Virus record (IMG/VR): IMGVR_UViG_3300034682_000453
Span: 1-58,998 of that record
Reading direction: 5' to 3' (one strand)
DNA length: 58,998 nucleotides
DNA from: a virus
Taxonomy: Duplodnaviria; Caudoviricetes
Part shown: one piece after another, positions 28,837-37,096 of the stretch
Numbering within the stretch: the stretch's first letter is position 1
Layout: every line of letters starts with the position of its first letter
The notes under the pieces: model-generated
Seen by the model: the letters and a program-made list of their open reading frames with translations, nothing else
Told to the model about the DNA's origin: nothing
Databases searched by the model: none
Made by a program: the position numbers and the translations under genes

Positions 28837-30495
28837 TTAGTGTGTCATCCAGTGGGAGTTTTTGCGGTTTAGTTCGGTAACTTTTGATGTGGCAGGCATT
28901 CGAGCGCAGATCTCTTGAGCAATCATGTAGCTCATGAGCTGGTCGTCATAACAGCCTTCTTGAGCATTCATACTGCCGGTTGCGCCATACACATAACTTG
29001 TGGCTTCTGATACGGTGCCGATCCAACGGATACCTGACGCTTGGTTGCGCATCAGCGATTTCAAGCCTTCGGTTAGCACAGGTTTCGATTGTCGAGTTGT
29101 TAGCCAGCCGAGGCGTGGCGTTTGGTCGTCACTGTCTCGATCGAGGTATTCTTCGGAGTAAATTCGGCGAACTGGGTAAACTTCTCGCAGTTTTAACAGA
29201 ACAGCGTGGCCGTGGTTGTTTCGTTCTGGGCCGATGAACGCCATGCAATACCACTTGCCGACATGCGCCAGCAGTTGAGCAAACCGATCGGCATCTAAAT
29301 GGCCGTACCAGTGGGCCACTTGTTCTCCGGTTGAGCGCTTGATGATGTCAAAACTTGAGCGGTCACCATGTTCAAGGCCCTCGGCAACGTCACCGCCGAT
29401 CGCGTAGTCTTCTTCTTCATCTGGCAATTCCCAGACAAGCAGCATGTTTTCGAGTGAGCGCTGGCCCTGCTGGTCTAACTGTTCAGGCTTGCGGTACTTC
29501 GCCTTCTCGCCGGTTTCTGGGTTGATGTCATAAACCAGCAAAGGCATAACGCAATCGCCCTCAGCCAGCATTGTCATTATTGGATCAAATACGCGGCGAC
29601 CAGAGGTCAGGAACGCTTCCATTGGTGTAGAAGGAAACTCCTGCTTCATTTCGCCTTTCTGTTCGATTTCTTTGCGGATGTACCACTGACGCTGCTCATC
29701 ATCGAGCGTGGTTTTCATCGCCTTCTCGACTGCTGCAAAATACTCTTCTTGGTCTTTGCTGATCACCAATCCGGTTGCTGGCACTGGTGCGCGATATTTC
29801 GGATCTTGCCACCAAGCAAAGAAATGAGCCTTCCAGTCGAGTTGTGACAGCTCTGCATCTGCATGCTGTAAGCTCAATGCACGCAAAGCCATGTCGTAAA
29901 AGTCACCACCAACGCCTTCCGCTGTACTCTCTATAAATGCGATACAGCCTGGGTGAATAGCGTTGAGCGTACCCGTTCTTACTTCCTTAGCTTTTTCTGG
30001 GTACTTAGCGCAGATCTTTCCGTGTTCTGACACATGCAGGCGCTGAACAGTACCGGAGCGAAACGAAGTGGCTACCTGAATGGAGGAGCCATGCTTGAAA
30101 AGAATGTACCCGCCAGATGCACCACCGCGTCTTGATGCGATAGTAAAGGTAGCTTTCAGCCAAGCAGGCAGGTTATCGAATGGGATCTCAATCTTGGTAC
30201 GGAATATCTCACCAGCGGCAGTTCTGTCTTGAGCAATGATCCCGCACTTGATGTTCTTATTGAAAAGCGCTTCATCCAGAAGGTAGATATCAATCGCTGT
30301 TGAGAATCCAAGCTGCCGCGCTTTTAGAATGATGTTCAGCCACCACATGCAGCGAAACAGCAATTCCTGAGCAGGACGCAATTTAAACTGAACCAAAACG
30401 CCTTGCTCATTCTCTATCTTGTAGAGATTGTTCATGCGCCACCATTTATCGCTCAGATGAGCTTTGATGTAGGCGATGTTTTCCGCTTCGGTCAT
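28837..30495 (-). CDS. terL: Terminase large subunit
   Basis: ILKARQLGFST (Walker A), LHVSE (Walker B), ESTAEG, GGDVAEG...DRSS and GCYDDQLMS nuclease motifs. Confidence 0.95.
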   Translation of the reverse strand: MTEAENIAYIKAHLSDKWWRMNNLYKIENEQGVLVQFKLRPAQELLFRCMWWLNIILKARQLGFSTAIDIYLLDEALFNKNIKCGIIAQDRTAAGEIFRTKIEIPFDNLPAWLKATFTIASRRGGASGGYILFKHGSSIQVATSFRSGTVQRLHVSEHGKICAKYPEKAKEVRTGTLNAIHPGCIAFIESTAEGVGGDFYDMALRALSLQHADAELSQLDWKAHFFAWWQDPKYRAPVPATGLVISKDQEEYFAAVEKAMKTTLDDEQRQWYIRKEIEQKGEMKQEFPSTPMEAFLTSGRRVFDPIMTMLAEGDCVMPLLVYDINPETGEKAKYRKPEQLDQQGQRSLENMLLVWELPDEEEDYAIGGDVAEGLEHGDRSSFDIIKRSTGEQVAHWYGHLDADRFAQLLAHVGKWYCMAFIGPERNNHGHAVLLKLREVYPVRRIYSEEYLDRDSDDQTPRLGWLTTRQSKPVLTEGLKSLMRNQASGIRWIGTVSEATSYVYGATGSMNAQEGCYDDQLMSYMIAQEICARMPATSKVTELNRKNSHWMTH

Positions 30496-30683
30496 TCGAT
30501 GGATTTCATCAATTCCGCATAAAACAGCGTGACCGCCATTAATGAAACCCCTTTGTCTGTTTCGCTTTCATACAACTCTTTGTATTTCGCATTGAGTTGC
30601 TCAATCTTTTCTTGTTCTGACTTCGGCAACCCATAAATGACACCTTTAATCATCAGTATTTGCTGCTCGCATTGCTGTTCCAT
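30492..30683 (-). CDS. Hypothetical protein (63 aa)
   Basis: RBS GGAGA; ATGA overlap with terL. Confidence 0.6.
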   Translation of the reverse strand: MEQQCEQQILMIKGVIYGLPKSEQEKIEQLNAKYKELYESETDKGVSLMAVTLFYAELMKSIE

Positions 30684-30697
30684 GCTTTTCTCCGGGC

Positions 30698-30724
30698 AAT
30701 AAAAAACCCGCCGAAGCGGGTTTG
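30698..30724. terminator. Bidirectional intrinsic terminator
   Basis: AAAAAACCCGC-CGAA-GCGGGTTT; same stem as at about 25470-25490. Confidence 0.75.
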
Positions 30725-30741
30725 TGTAATTTTGTTACTAA

Positions 30742-31182
30742 TTATCCTACTGATAATTCACCAATAGAAAACCCTGATACATCACAAAGTCTTCCGCGCC
30801 ATAATGTTCCCACAGTTGGAACTGCTGTTTGGCCGAAATACTGCTTGGCTTTATCAAGATGAATAAAAATTGTATTAGGCGGAAGTTGGCTGTCAGCATA
30901 GACTTCATCGGATATTTGTTTGTGATAATCAGCTAGGTACTTAGCTAAACTACCATCCTCTGGATTCATCGAGCTGAACTTTTGCTCCATCTTGTCGAAG
31001 AATTCCTTTCCAGATATTAAAACCCCGCTAATAAGTGCGCCACCGATAGTTAACGTAACACCAATACTCACTTTATTAACATTGACCATTCTAACTAACT
31101 CAACGAGAGCCCAATCAGAAACATATGGCGTTTGCTCTTGCGATGATCTTTCATCATTTTCTTCCACTTTTAAATCCGTCAT
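30742..31182 (-). CDS. GvpU-like small protein (146 aa)
   Basis: DWALVELV...IGVTLTIGGALISGVLIS...FIHL...WRGRLCDVSGFSIG pattern; AT-richer than its neighbours. Confidence 0.6.
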   Translation of the reverse strand: MTDLKVEENDERSSQEQTPYVSDWALVELVRMVNVNKVSIGVTLTIGGALISGVLISGKEFFDKMEQKFSSMNPEDGSLAKYLADYHKQISDEVYADSQLPPNTIFIHLDKAKQYFGQTAVPTVGTLWRGRLCDVSGFSIGELSVG

Positions 31183-31228
31183 TGTTTTATCCTGAATTGA
31201 ATGCTTGAGGATTCACACTACACCCTAA

Positions 31229-32122
31229 TCAGAAGCTCATCAATCCACCAGACCCCATCTGTTGCAGGTCTTCTACAATCTCGCCGACCGGTGTCGTGTC
31301 GCCGCCTTGATCACGCTCAAGTCGTGCGGTCTCAGCATCCAGTTTTCGCCGGGCTGATTTAATGCGATCGGTATCCGCAATGATCTTGGGCTCGTTAACA
31401 TCGTCAATTCGAATAGCGCTCAGCGTTCGCGTTAGTGACTCCACACGAGCAACGTTTCTATCAAGCGCCTGTTCTGCTGCGGTTATCTTCCCGTACAGTG
31501 CAATGCGGTCTGGTATTTTAGTGGCGTTGCTTAGGTCTTCATGCATTTTTTGCAGGTTCTTCGTGACGCTGATAACCCTTGCTCTGGTAAAGGTAAGCTC
31601 ATCGTGCAGAGACATTAACTCGGCATCATCGAAGTATTCTATTTGCTGGAAGTATTTAGCGTAACCGCCGTGCTTGGTTGCGTACTGATGCCTCACCGGG
31701 AATGAATGAACTGGATTTGGGTTACCTTCATACTCGCCCTTTACAAATCGCCCACCCTCATCGCGGCCTTTGTATTTCGGACCGGGTTGATTGTCCGATT
31801 CAATTTCTGGTGAATTATTCTCATCATCGGCATCAATATTGTCGTTTGCGCATTGCGCACTTTGCGCAGAGTTATTTTGCGCATTCGATTTGCGCAGTGA
31901 CTTTTGCGCAGTTTGCGCATTTTTCTTGGGCTTCTTGGTGCCGGATTGCGCTGCTGTGCGAGAAGTTTTACTTGTTGTGACTGATTGTGCGCGAGTTTTT
32001 AAATAGCGCCGAGCTGATTGATAGTTGTACCCGTTTTTCTCACACCATTCTTTTGCGCTTACTCCGGTTCTCTCCGCTTCTATTTGGAAGAGTTGGTTGA
32101 TAGCGTTCCAGTCGTTAGCCAT
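31229..32122 (-). CDS. terS: Terminase small subunit
   Basis: N-terminal HTH (KEWCEKNGYNYQSARRY) and ATKHGGYAKY motif; upstream of terL. Confidence 0.8.
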   Translation of the reverse strand: MANDWNAINQLFQIEAERTGVSAKEWCEKNGYNYQSARRYLKTRAQSVTTSKTSRTAAQSGTKKPKKNAQTAQKSLRKSNAQNNSAQSAQCANDNIDADDENNSPEIESDNQPGPKYKGRDEGGRFVKGEYEGNPNPVHSFPVRHQYATKHGGYAKYFQQIEYFDDAELMSLHDELTFTRARVISVTKNLQKMHEDLSNATKIPDRIALYGKITAAEQALDRNVARVESLTRTLSAIRIDDVNEPKIIADTDRIKSARRKLDAETARLERDQGGDTTPVGEIVEDLQQMGSGGLMSF

Positions 32123-32124
32123 TG

Positions 32125-32640
32125 TTACTTGTTATTCGCGCTATTGGTTATTGATGGGGTCGGGTTTTGGCAAGTGCTGATGATGTAGTCTTGCAAGTAG
32201 CTTATTTGGTTGGTTGCTGTTTTGATTCTATCGCGTAGGGTGAAATAATCCCGTTCAGCGGTGCTTCCAAGTCGGGGGCCTTCTGCATTGCCCATGCCGC
32301 TGGTGCCGGGGGTTCCGGACACTCCTGGACAAGTTGCGTTGATGTGCAACCCGATAGTGCCATTAGCAACGCCGAGCTCCATTTTTTCCAATTCTGATTT
32401 TGCATTGTTCATCTCCGTAACGTATTGCGCGTCTATCTTGGCTACTGTTAACTGCTGATAAGCCATGGTGTTAATGGTGGCTTGCTTAACCTCAACTTTC
32501 CCTGATAACTCCGTTTTATCCCGTTCAAGTTGCGCAGCTTTGTTCGATAGTGATTCCGAGTGGCTATATAGACCAAATGCAATAACTGACAGCATGATAA
32601 CGGCCACGATTAGCGCCTGAGTTATCTTACTCATCGTCAC
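32125..32640 (-). CDS. Rz: Inner-membrane spanin (Rz)
   Basis: N-terminal TM, coiled coil, LHINATC...AERDYFTLRDRI...QISYLQDYI...C. Confidence 0.9.
   Translation of the reverse strand: MTMSKITQALIVAVIMLSVIAFGLYSHSESLSNKAAQLERDKTELSGKVEVKQATINTMAYQQLTVAKIDAQYVTEMNNAKSELEKMELGVANGTIGLHINATCPGVSGTPGTSGMGNAEGPRLGSTAERDYFTLRDRIKTATNQISYLQDYIISTCQNPTPSITNSANNK
32202..32405 (-). CDS. Rz1: Outer-membrane spanin lipoprotein (Rz1), embedded in Rz
   Basis: Lipobox ALSGC and Pro-rich CPEPPAPAAWAMQ in an alternate frame inside Rz. Confidence 0.85.
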   Translation of the reverse strand: MQNQNWKKWSSALLMALSGCTSTQLVQECPEPPAPAAWAMQKAPDLEAPLNGIISPYAIESKQQPTK

Positions 32641-32866
32641 TTACCGTATTCAGTGATGCTTTATATGCAGCGATTTTTTTACCGTAAACAACGTTGATCA
32701 CCTGCACAGCTATTGTTAATGCTGTCGCCCCGAACACATAAGCAAACAGCGGCATTTTCTCTGCAAAGAGATACCAGTAAGTTTGAATAGTGGTCAGCAG
32801 AGCCAGTAGCACTGTCCATCTGGCGATCTGATTGTGTAGTGCGGCTTTTAGTTTGGCGAAAGACAT
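32627..32866 (-). CDS. Two-TM membrane protein, putative holin/antiholin (79 aa)
   Basis: Two hydrophobic segments; overlaps the endolysin and Rz genes. Confidence 0.6.
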   Translation of the reverse strand: MSFAKLKAALHNQIARWTVLLALLTTIQTYWYLFAEKMPLFAYVFGATALTIAVQVINVVYGKKIAAYKASLNTVSDDE

Positions 32867-33441
32867 ACAGCTAACTCCTTACCTCGTCGAATGACTAATC
32901 CCGGTTGTTCTTTCCCTGCGGCCTTGTTCCACCGCGGGAGTTGATAACATGCCTTGATGTACTCACCGGCTTTAATGAACTTGGCCAGCGTTGAATTGAT
33001 GATGTTTTTGCAGCCAGTGTTAAAAATCAGCGATCCAATGGCATCAAACACACCTTGTGGTAATTTTTTAAGCGGGGGGCGTTCGAGGTTGTGCTCAATG
33101 CAGTTTTGCGCTTCCATGGTGTCGGAAATAAACCACAGGGCTATTGTTTCAAGTGGGATGTCTTTCAGGTTTGGCTTAACACCCGCCCCTGTATGCCCAA
33201 TTCCTGCAGTCCACACCCTTGCTGGGCATTGATAGGCATCTCGCCTGCATGACTCTGCATCCCCGATAATTTCAAATGCCTTCTGACTGAATCGAAGATG
33301 GTTGCCAGCTTTTGATGTCATCACTTGCTTAACTTCAACCGGCAATGAATCAGGGTTTGCTTTGTACTGGGCTTGCCATCCGGTGATGATGGCTATTACT
33401 GCCATCACTGTGCAAAGTGATTTTGATACGCGCTTACTCAC
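32848..33441 (-). CDS. SAR endolysin (GH24 lysozyme, P1 Lyz-type)
   Basis: N-terminal weak TM with Cys; IGDAESCRRDAYQCPARVWTAGIGHT (E-x8-C-x5-T); GLVIRRGKE. Confidence 0.9.
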   Translation of the reverse strand: MSKRVSKSLCTVMAVIAIITGWQAQYKANPDSLPVEVKQVMTSKAGNHLRFSQKAFEIIGDAESCRRDAYQCPARVWTAGIGHTGAGVKPNLKDIPLETIALWFISDTMEAQNCIEHNLERPPLKKLPQGVFDAIGSLIFNTGCKNIINSTLAKFIKAGEYIKACYQLPRWNKAAGKEQPGLVIRRGKELAVCLSPN

Positions 33442-33685
33442 GGCCCACCACCGACTTAATTAGCAACTGAATGGATATGTACCGGCGAGTAAACCAAGGG
33501 CCGTATTGTCTGAGCCACTTAGGAATAACCAACATCAATTGAATGATGATGTACAGTAGGGTTAGGTAAGTAACCCAATCTGCAGGGGAAATGCCAAACA
33601 GCTTGAACATCCCATACGCAGCCGGTGGCGTGACTTTTAGCGCCTCAGTGGCAATCTGGTTTGCCTGATGAACGGGATTACTCAT
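33434..33685 (-). CDS. Putative holin (83 aa)
   Basis: FGISPADWVTYLTLLYIIIQ TM segment and basic C-terminus; directly upstream of the endolysin. Confidence 0.7.
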   Translation of the reverse strand: MSNPVHQANQIATEALKVTPPAAYGMFKLFGISPADWVTYLTLLYIIIQLMLVIPKWLRQYGPWFTRRYISIQLLIKSVVGRE

Positions 33686-33912
33686 GCTTTGCCCTGCTTA
33701 ATTGTTATTTCCAACCAATTGCCAATGCGCTCCTTGGTGAATGTATTTGGGTATTCCGGATAAAGACCTGGCTTATCGAGAAATAAGATCCCCTGTCGCT
33801 CAAACTCCCGCTTCATCCCATCCAGAATTTGTTGCTCAACGTCCTTTGTCCGTGCATTGCGGGGCAATAAGTTGTAAATATCTCGCTGGTTTACGGTTGC
33901 TATTACTCGCAT
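33682..33912 (-). CDS. Hypothetical protein (76 aa)
   Basis: Overlapping start/stop coupling with both neighbours. Confidence 0.55.
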   Translation of the reverse strand: MRVIATVNQRDIYNLLPRNARTKDVEQQILDGMKREFERQGILFLDKPGLYPEYPNTFTKERIGNWLEITIKQGKA

Positions 33913-34133
33913 AGGCTGTGCTCTCTCAGCTCGATAGTGCAGTTTATGTGGTTGATGTGTGGCAGAAGCTTAGCTTTAGGGTTGAAGAACTCGACCTCTC
34001 TTATCCCGGTCGTTTCTCGGTTGTAATGGATGAAGTTCTCTATCCCACGCGCTGATAATTCATCACAGGCAGATCTCAGGCAGGTGTCATAGTCCTGAGC
34101 CCGTAATAGGTCTGGATGAATATTGATAACCAT
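33903..34133 (-). CDS. Hypothetical protein (76 aa)
   Basis: ATG-started ORF in the late operon orientation. Confidence 0.55.
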   Translation of the reverse strand: MVINIHPDLLRAQDYDTCLRSACDELSARGIENFIHYNRETTGIREVEFFNPKAKLLPHINHINCTIELREHSLCE

Positions 34134-34187
34134 GAGATCTCTGATTGTTTTGTCTTGATGAAGCGGGCTTAAATGTTGCTTTTGTGG

Positions 34188-34667
34188 TTACTCTACGACG
34201 CACCAGTCATCGGCCAGAATATCGGTCTGGCTTGCCAACCAAGGTACAAGCTGGTTGTCTGCCGTTTTCATGGCGAGATATGGGGCTAACGTTCCAACAA
34301 TTCCGTCTTTTTCAATGACCGTGTACTGATCGTTGATATACGGGAAGATGTAAATCAGAAACATTCCTTTCCCGTTCCATCCTGCACGCGCGATCTTCTT
34401 GCCTTTCTTAACTGCTTCAACAGCCAAGCCGAATGGCATACCTGATGTTTTTCGATAGGCGTTATCGAATTGCTCTTTCGGTGACCACGAGACATAACCG
34501 GCGTGAGTGGTGGTGTTTGGCTTTCCGCCATCCAGATATTCAACCAGATAACCTTCATCATCTCCGTTCTCGTCAGCAGGCAACTCCCAGCCACGAAATG
34601 CGTTGTATTGAGCGCGAGTCATTACCTCGGCCTTGATCAGCTTCGTACCGATATATGTTTCTGGCAT
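34188..34667 (-). CDS. DUF2829/Tad2-like anti-defence sponge domain fused to an N-terminal phage domain (159 aa)
   Basis: FGLAVEAVKKGKKIARAGWNGKGMFL...PYLAMKTADNQLVPWLASQTDILADDW; ATG 34667 with GAGG RBS. Confidence 0.8.
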   Translation of the reverse strand: MPETYIGTKLIKAEVMTRAQYNAFRGWELPADENGDDEGYLVEYLDGGKPNTTTHAGYVSWSPKEQFDNAYRKTSGMPFGLAVEAVKKGKKIARAGWNGKGMFLIYIFPYINDQYTVIEKDGIVGTLAPYLAMKTADNQLVPWLASQTDILADDWCVVE

Positions 34668-34717
34668 TTTAAAATCCTCATAAACGAAAAAGCCCCGCGG
34701 ATGCGAGGCTATTAATT

Positions 34718-34806
34718 TGGAGCATGATATCGGAATAGAACCTGTCACCTATTCTGGATTACAGGTTCATCGCCTAAACTTCTCTAGTGAGGCGTACTTA
34801 CCATGC
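34718..34806 (-). ncRNA. tRNA-like element / pseudo-tRNA (89 nt)
   Basis: 7-bp acceptor stem GCATGGT/ATCATGC plus T-CCA; degenerate T arm GG-TTCTATT-CC; non-canonical D and anticodon arms. Confidence 0.5.
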
Positions 34807-35207
34807 TGCTTGTTAGCCAATGCAGCCGAACAAGCAAAAATCATGATGTTTTGAATTAAAAACCAACACGGGAAGGTTCCGTTTGGTGTGTAAATCCAAA
34901 TAAGGTTGCCACATAGATAAGAAAGCTCGACTGGACTTTCGATAACGACTCTAATTTGTTGTGGCGACAAAATGCGGATAAAATAAAAAACACAACATAT
35001 TGTGGCTTAATGAAGTATTAAACCAGCTATGTTGATTATCATTCGTGAATATTACTGCTACATTTTTCAACAACCAGTTTTTGTCAAGCTATCGCTTTTG
35101 CTATTTATGCTGCAAAATATGGTTGAATTTAAAGCGAATTAGTAAACCCGAGGAGACATGTATGAGCAACTTAATTTTAATTCACCAACAACCCTTAAGG
35201 GGGATAT

Positions 35208-35393
35208 ATGAAACACCAGAAAAGCCAAGAAAAAGAAAACGGCCAACCTGTTAAGATTGACCGTTTATCAAGTGCAATTGTTGCTTTTTGCGTCTTACTT
35301 CTAGTCGATTTGGTTGGCGCCAAGACTTTAGAAATAGATGCAATTGGTTACTACCACAATGCAGGAGGGTCAGTACACATTAAGATGGACTAA
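35208..35393 (+). CDS. Small single-TM protein (61 aa), moron antisense to the late operon
   Basis: RBS AAGGGGG; TM SAIVAFCVLLLVDLVGA; own terminator at 35398-35430. Confidence 0.6.
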   Translation: MKHQKSQEKENGQPVKIDRLSSAIVAFCVLLLVDLVGAKTLEIDAIGYYHNAGGSVHIKMD

Positions 35394-35397
35394 CCAG

Positions 35398-35430
35398 AAA
35401 GCCCCAGCTCGCAACTGGGGCTTTTTTTAT
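35398..35430. terminator. Intrinsic terminator
   Basis: AAAGCCCCAG...CTGGGGCTTTTTTT. Confidence 0.8.
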
Positions 35431-35530
35431 TATCAGTATAATGCTTACTCATGTAAATAGTTTACACCTGCCGCGACAGTAAAAAGCTTACTTTTTGGTT
35501 ATGCAAACCGCAGCAGATCACGGCAAATCG

Positions 35531-35603
35531 CAACAAAAAAGGCGCTCTGAATACAGAACGCCTATGATGTAGACATACTAACGCTGGCCTATTATTTACG
35601 CAA
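35531..35603 (-). promoter_or_regulatory. pR'-like late promoter with pause element and tR'-like terminator (unit 1)
   Basis: TTGCGT-17 bp ending AGCGT-TAGTAT, 5 nt, CATCAT, AGGCG...CGCCT hairpin plus U tract; the -35 overlaps the end of Q. Confidence 0.8.
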
Positions 35604-36273
35604 CCTTCTCTGCATTAACTTGCGCCATAAATGCACGGATCCACTCCGATTTATCAATCTGCATCAAATCAACAAAATGGATGAATTGACGATACATCTC
35701 GTTGCCGTGTTTTTGCTGAATACTGGAAACGTCCGGAATTGTTTTGCCAGTGCCATTGCAGGTCGGACATTGATCCCCTTTACGCTCCATCACCCCAGTA
35801 CCACGGCATTTTGGGCAACGGCCAGATTTGAGAATTTCTTCTTTGCACCGTTCAATTGCTGCGTGAATAATCCCATCAGCTAGTAGATCTTTTTCTTTTG
35901 CATCATGGTTTTTACCCAGATTGCGCAGATGCTTGGCTTTGGCTTTGATTTCGGCGCTACGTCTGCGCTCACGGTCATAGCGTGGTGATGCGTAAACCAG
36001 CTTCATCAATTGTTCTGGTAGTGGCCGACCAAGCGCTACAGCAACAACGTCTTGGCTTAAGGTTCCGACGATTGATTTAGCCCATTCATCTAAGGCTTTT
36101 ATTGCATGCTGATCACCAGCTTCCGCCATTACCATACGATGACCCAGTGGATGCCGGCTTGTTGCCATGGCGGCAGATCCAAGAATTTCATCACGGCCAA
36201 TACCATGAGCATTACCGCGGGCCTCGAAATTTACTGACCGGGCTTCATAAAGTTTCAGATACAGTTCTAACAT
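35596..36273 (-). CDS. Q: Late antiterminator Q-like protein with zinc finger (225 aa)
   Basis: CPKCRGTG...CPTCNGTG zinc-finger motifs; after ninG and before the late promoter. Confidence 0.8.
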   Translation of the reverse strand: MLELYLKLYEARSVNFEARGNAHGIGRDEILGSAAMATSRHPLGHRMVMAEAGDQHAIKALDEWAKSIVGTLSQDVVAVALGRPLPEQLMKLVYASPRYDRERRRSAEIKAKAKHLRNLGKNHDAKEKDLLADGIIHAAIERCKEEILKSGRCPKCRGTGVMERKGDQCPTCNGTGKTIPDVSSIQQKHGNEMYRQFIHFVDLMQIDKSEWIRAFMAQVNAEKVA

Positions 36274-36890
36274 GCCATTGTCTCCCGCTCGTTTTGTAGT
36301 TGTTTGCACTTGGCTTTGTATTTGGCCGTGATTTCTTTTAGATCGTCGATGGTGTAATACTTTGCTTCGTGTGGCCCCTCTAACCAATCCAGTTTTTTTA
36401 TTCCAATTTTGATGAGTAATCGCTTCCGGTACTCCACCACGTTCCCGGACAAATCGCGGTTACAGTGGACGCACTGGAGATTCACGTTTAACTCTTCAAA
36501 TCTAAGCTCAGGGCAGGAACCAACGGAGCGGTAATGCCCGGCATCAAACAGCTGGCCTCGGATATAAAACGAGAACTGAAATGGCTTATCGCAGCTAATG
36601 CAGTGATGGCCTTCATCTCTCATCCGGATAAACCTGTTGAACCAGATCTGAGCCTGTTTCACGTAATATCCATGCGGCCGCAGCGCTTCTTTTCTGGCCT
36701 TTAATCTCTGGCGCTTCTCGCGTTCCACCCTGATAAGAGCGTTCTTTCGCGCCAATGCTTCTTTGGTCCGCTTCTTATCAAGAAAATCCATGGCGATAAC
36801 GTATTCGCAGTCGTGGCAGCAACCTTTCTGAAATGGCCTTGTTGGTTTGAACTTAATTCCACACGCTTTGTTCTTGCAGGTAGCCATCAC
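36267..36890 (-). CDS. ninG: NinG/Rap-family structure-specific endonuclease
   Basis: FNRFIRMRD...CISC...DAGHYRSVGSCPELRF...QCVHCN. Confidence 0.9.
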   Translation of the reverse strand: MMATCKNKACGIKFKPTRPFQKGCCHDCEYVIAMDFLDKKRTKEALARKNALIRVEREKRQRLKARKEALRPHGYYVKQAQIWFNRFIRMRDEGHHCISCDKPFQFSFYIRGQLFDAGHYRSVGSCPELRFEELNVNLQCVHCNRDLSGNVVEYRKRLLIKIGIKKLDWLEGPHEAKYYTIDDLKEITAKYKAKCKQLQNERETMAC

Positions 36891-37096
36891 TTAAACTCCG
36901 GCAGTTCGTGATGATTTAATCGCTGGCAGAAGTAGCCCTGCTGATCGGCTGGTAATGCTGCGATCTGCATTTGGATGTCTTTTTGTGTGATAGTTTTTGC
37001 GTGGCGTAACTTGTAGATAGCCAGTGAAGCGGCCTTATCTAACTCAACTTCAATGCGTTCTCTGGCTGTCTTTGTTGCAAGATTGAATGAGGTCAT
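36887..37096 (-). CDS. HolE (DNA polymerase III theta)/DUF3283-like protein
   Basis: FNLA...IEVELDKAAS...QQGYFCQRL resembles the theta/P1 Hot pattern. Confidence 0.6.
   Translation of the reverse strand: MTSFNLATKTARERIEVELDKAASLAIYKLRHAKTITQKDIQMQIAALPADQQGYFCQRLNHHELPEFK

Noticed and set aside
1665-33441. Numerous short plus-strand and alternate-frame ORFs inside structural genes
   Set aside because: Shadow ORFs of long minus-strand genes; only Rz1 has independent support
33682-35530. Shiga-like or other AB toxin at the Q-lysis position
   Set aside because: No ORF of suitable size or signal-peptide architecture
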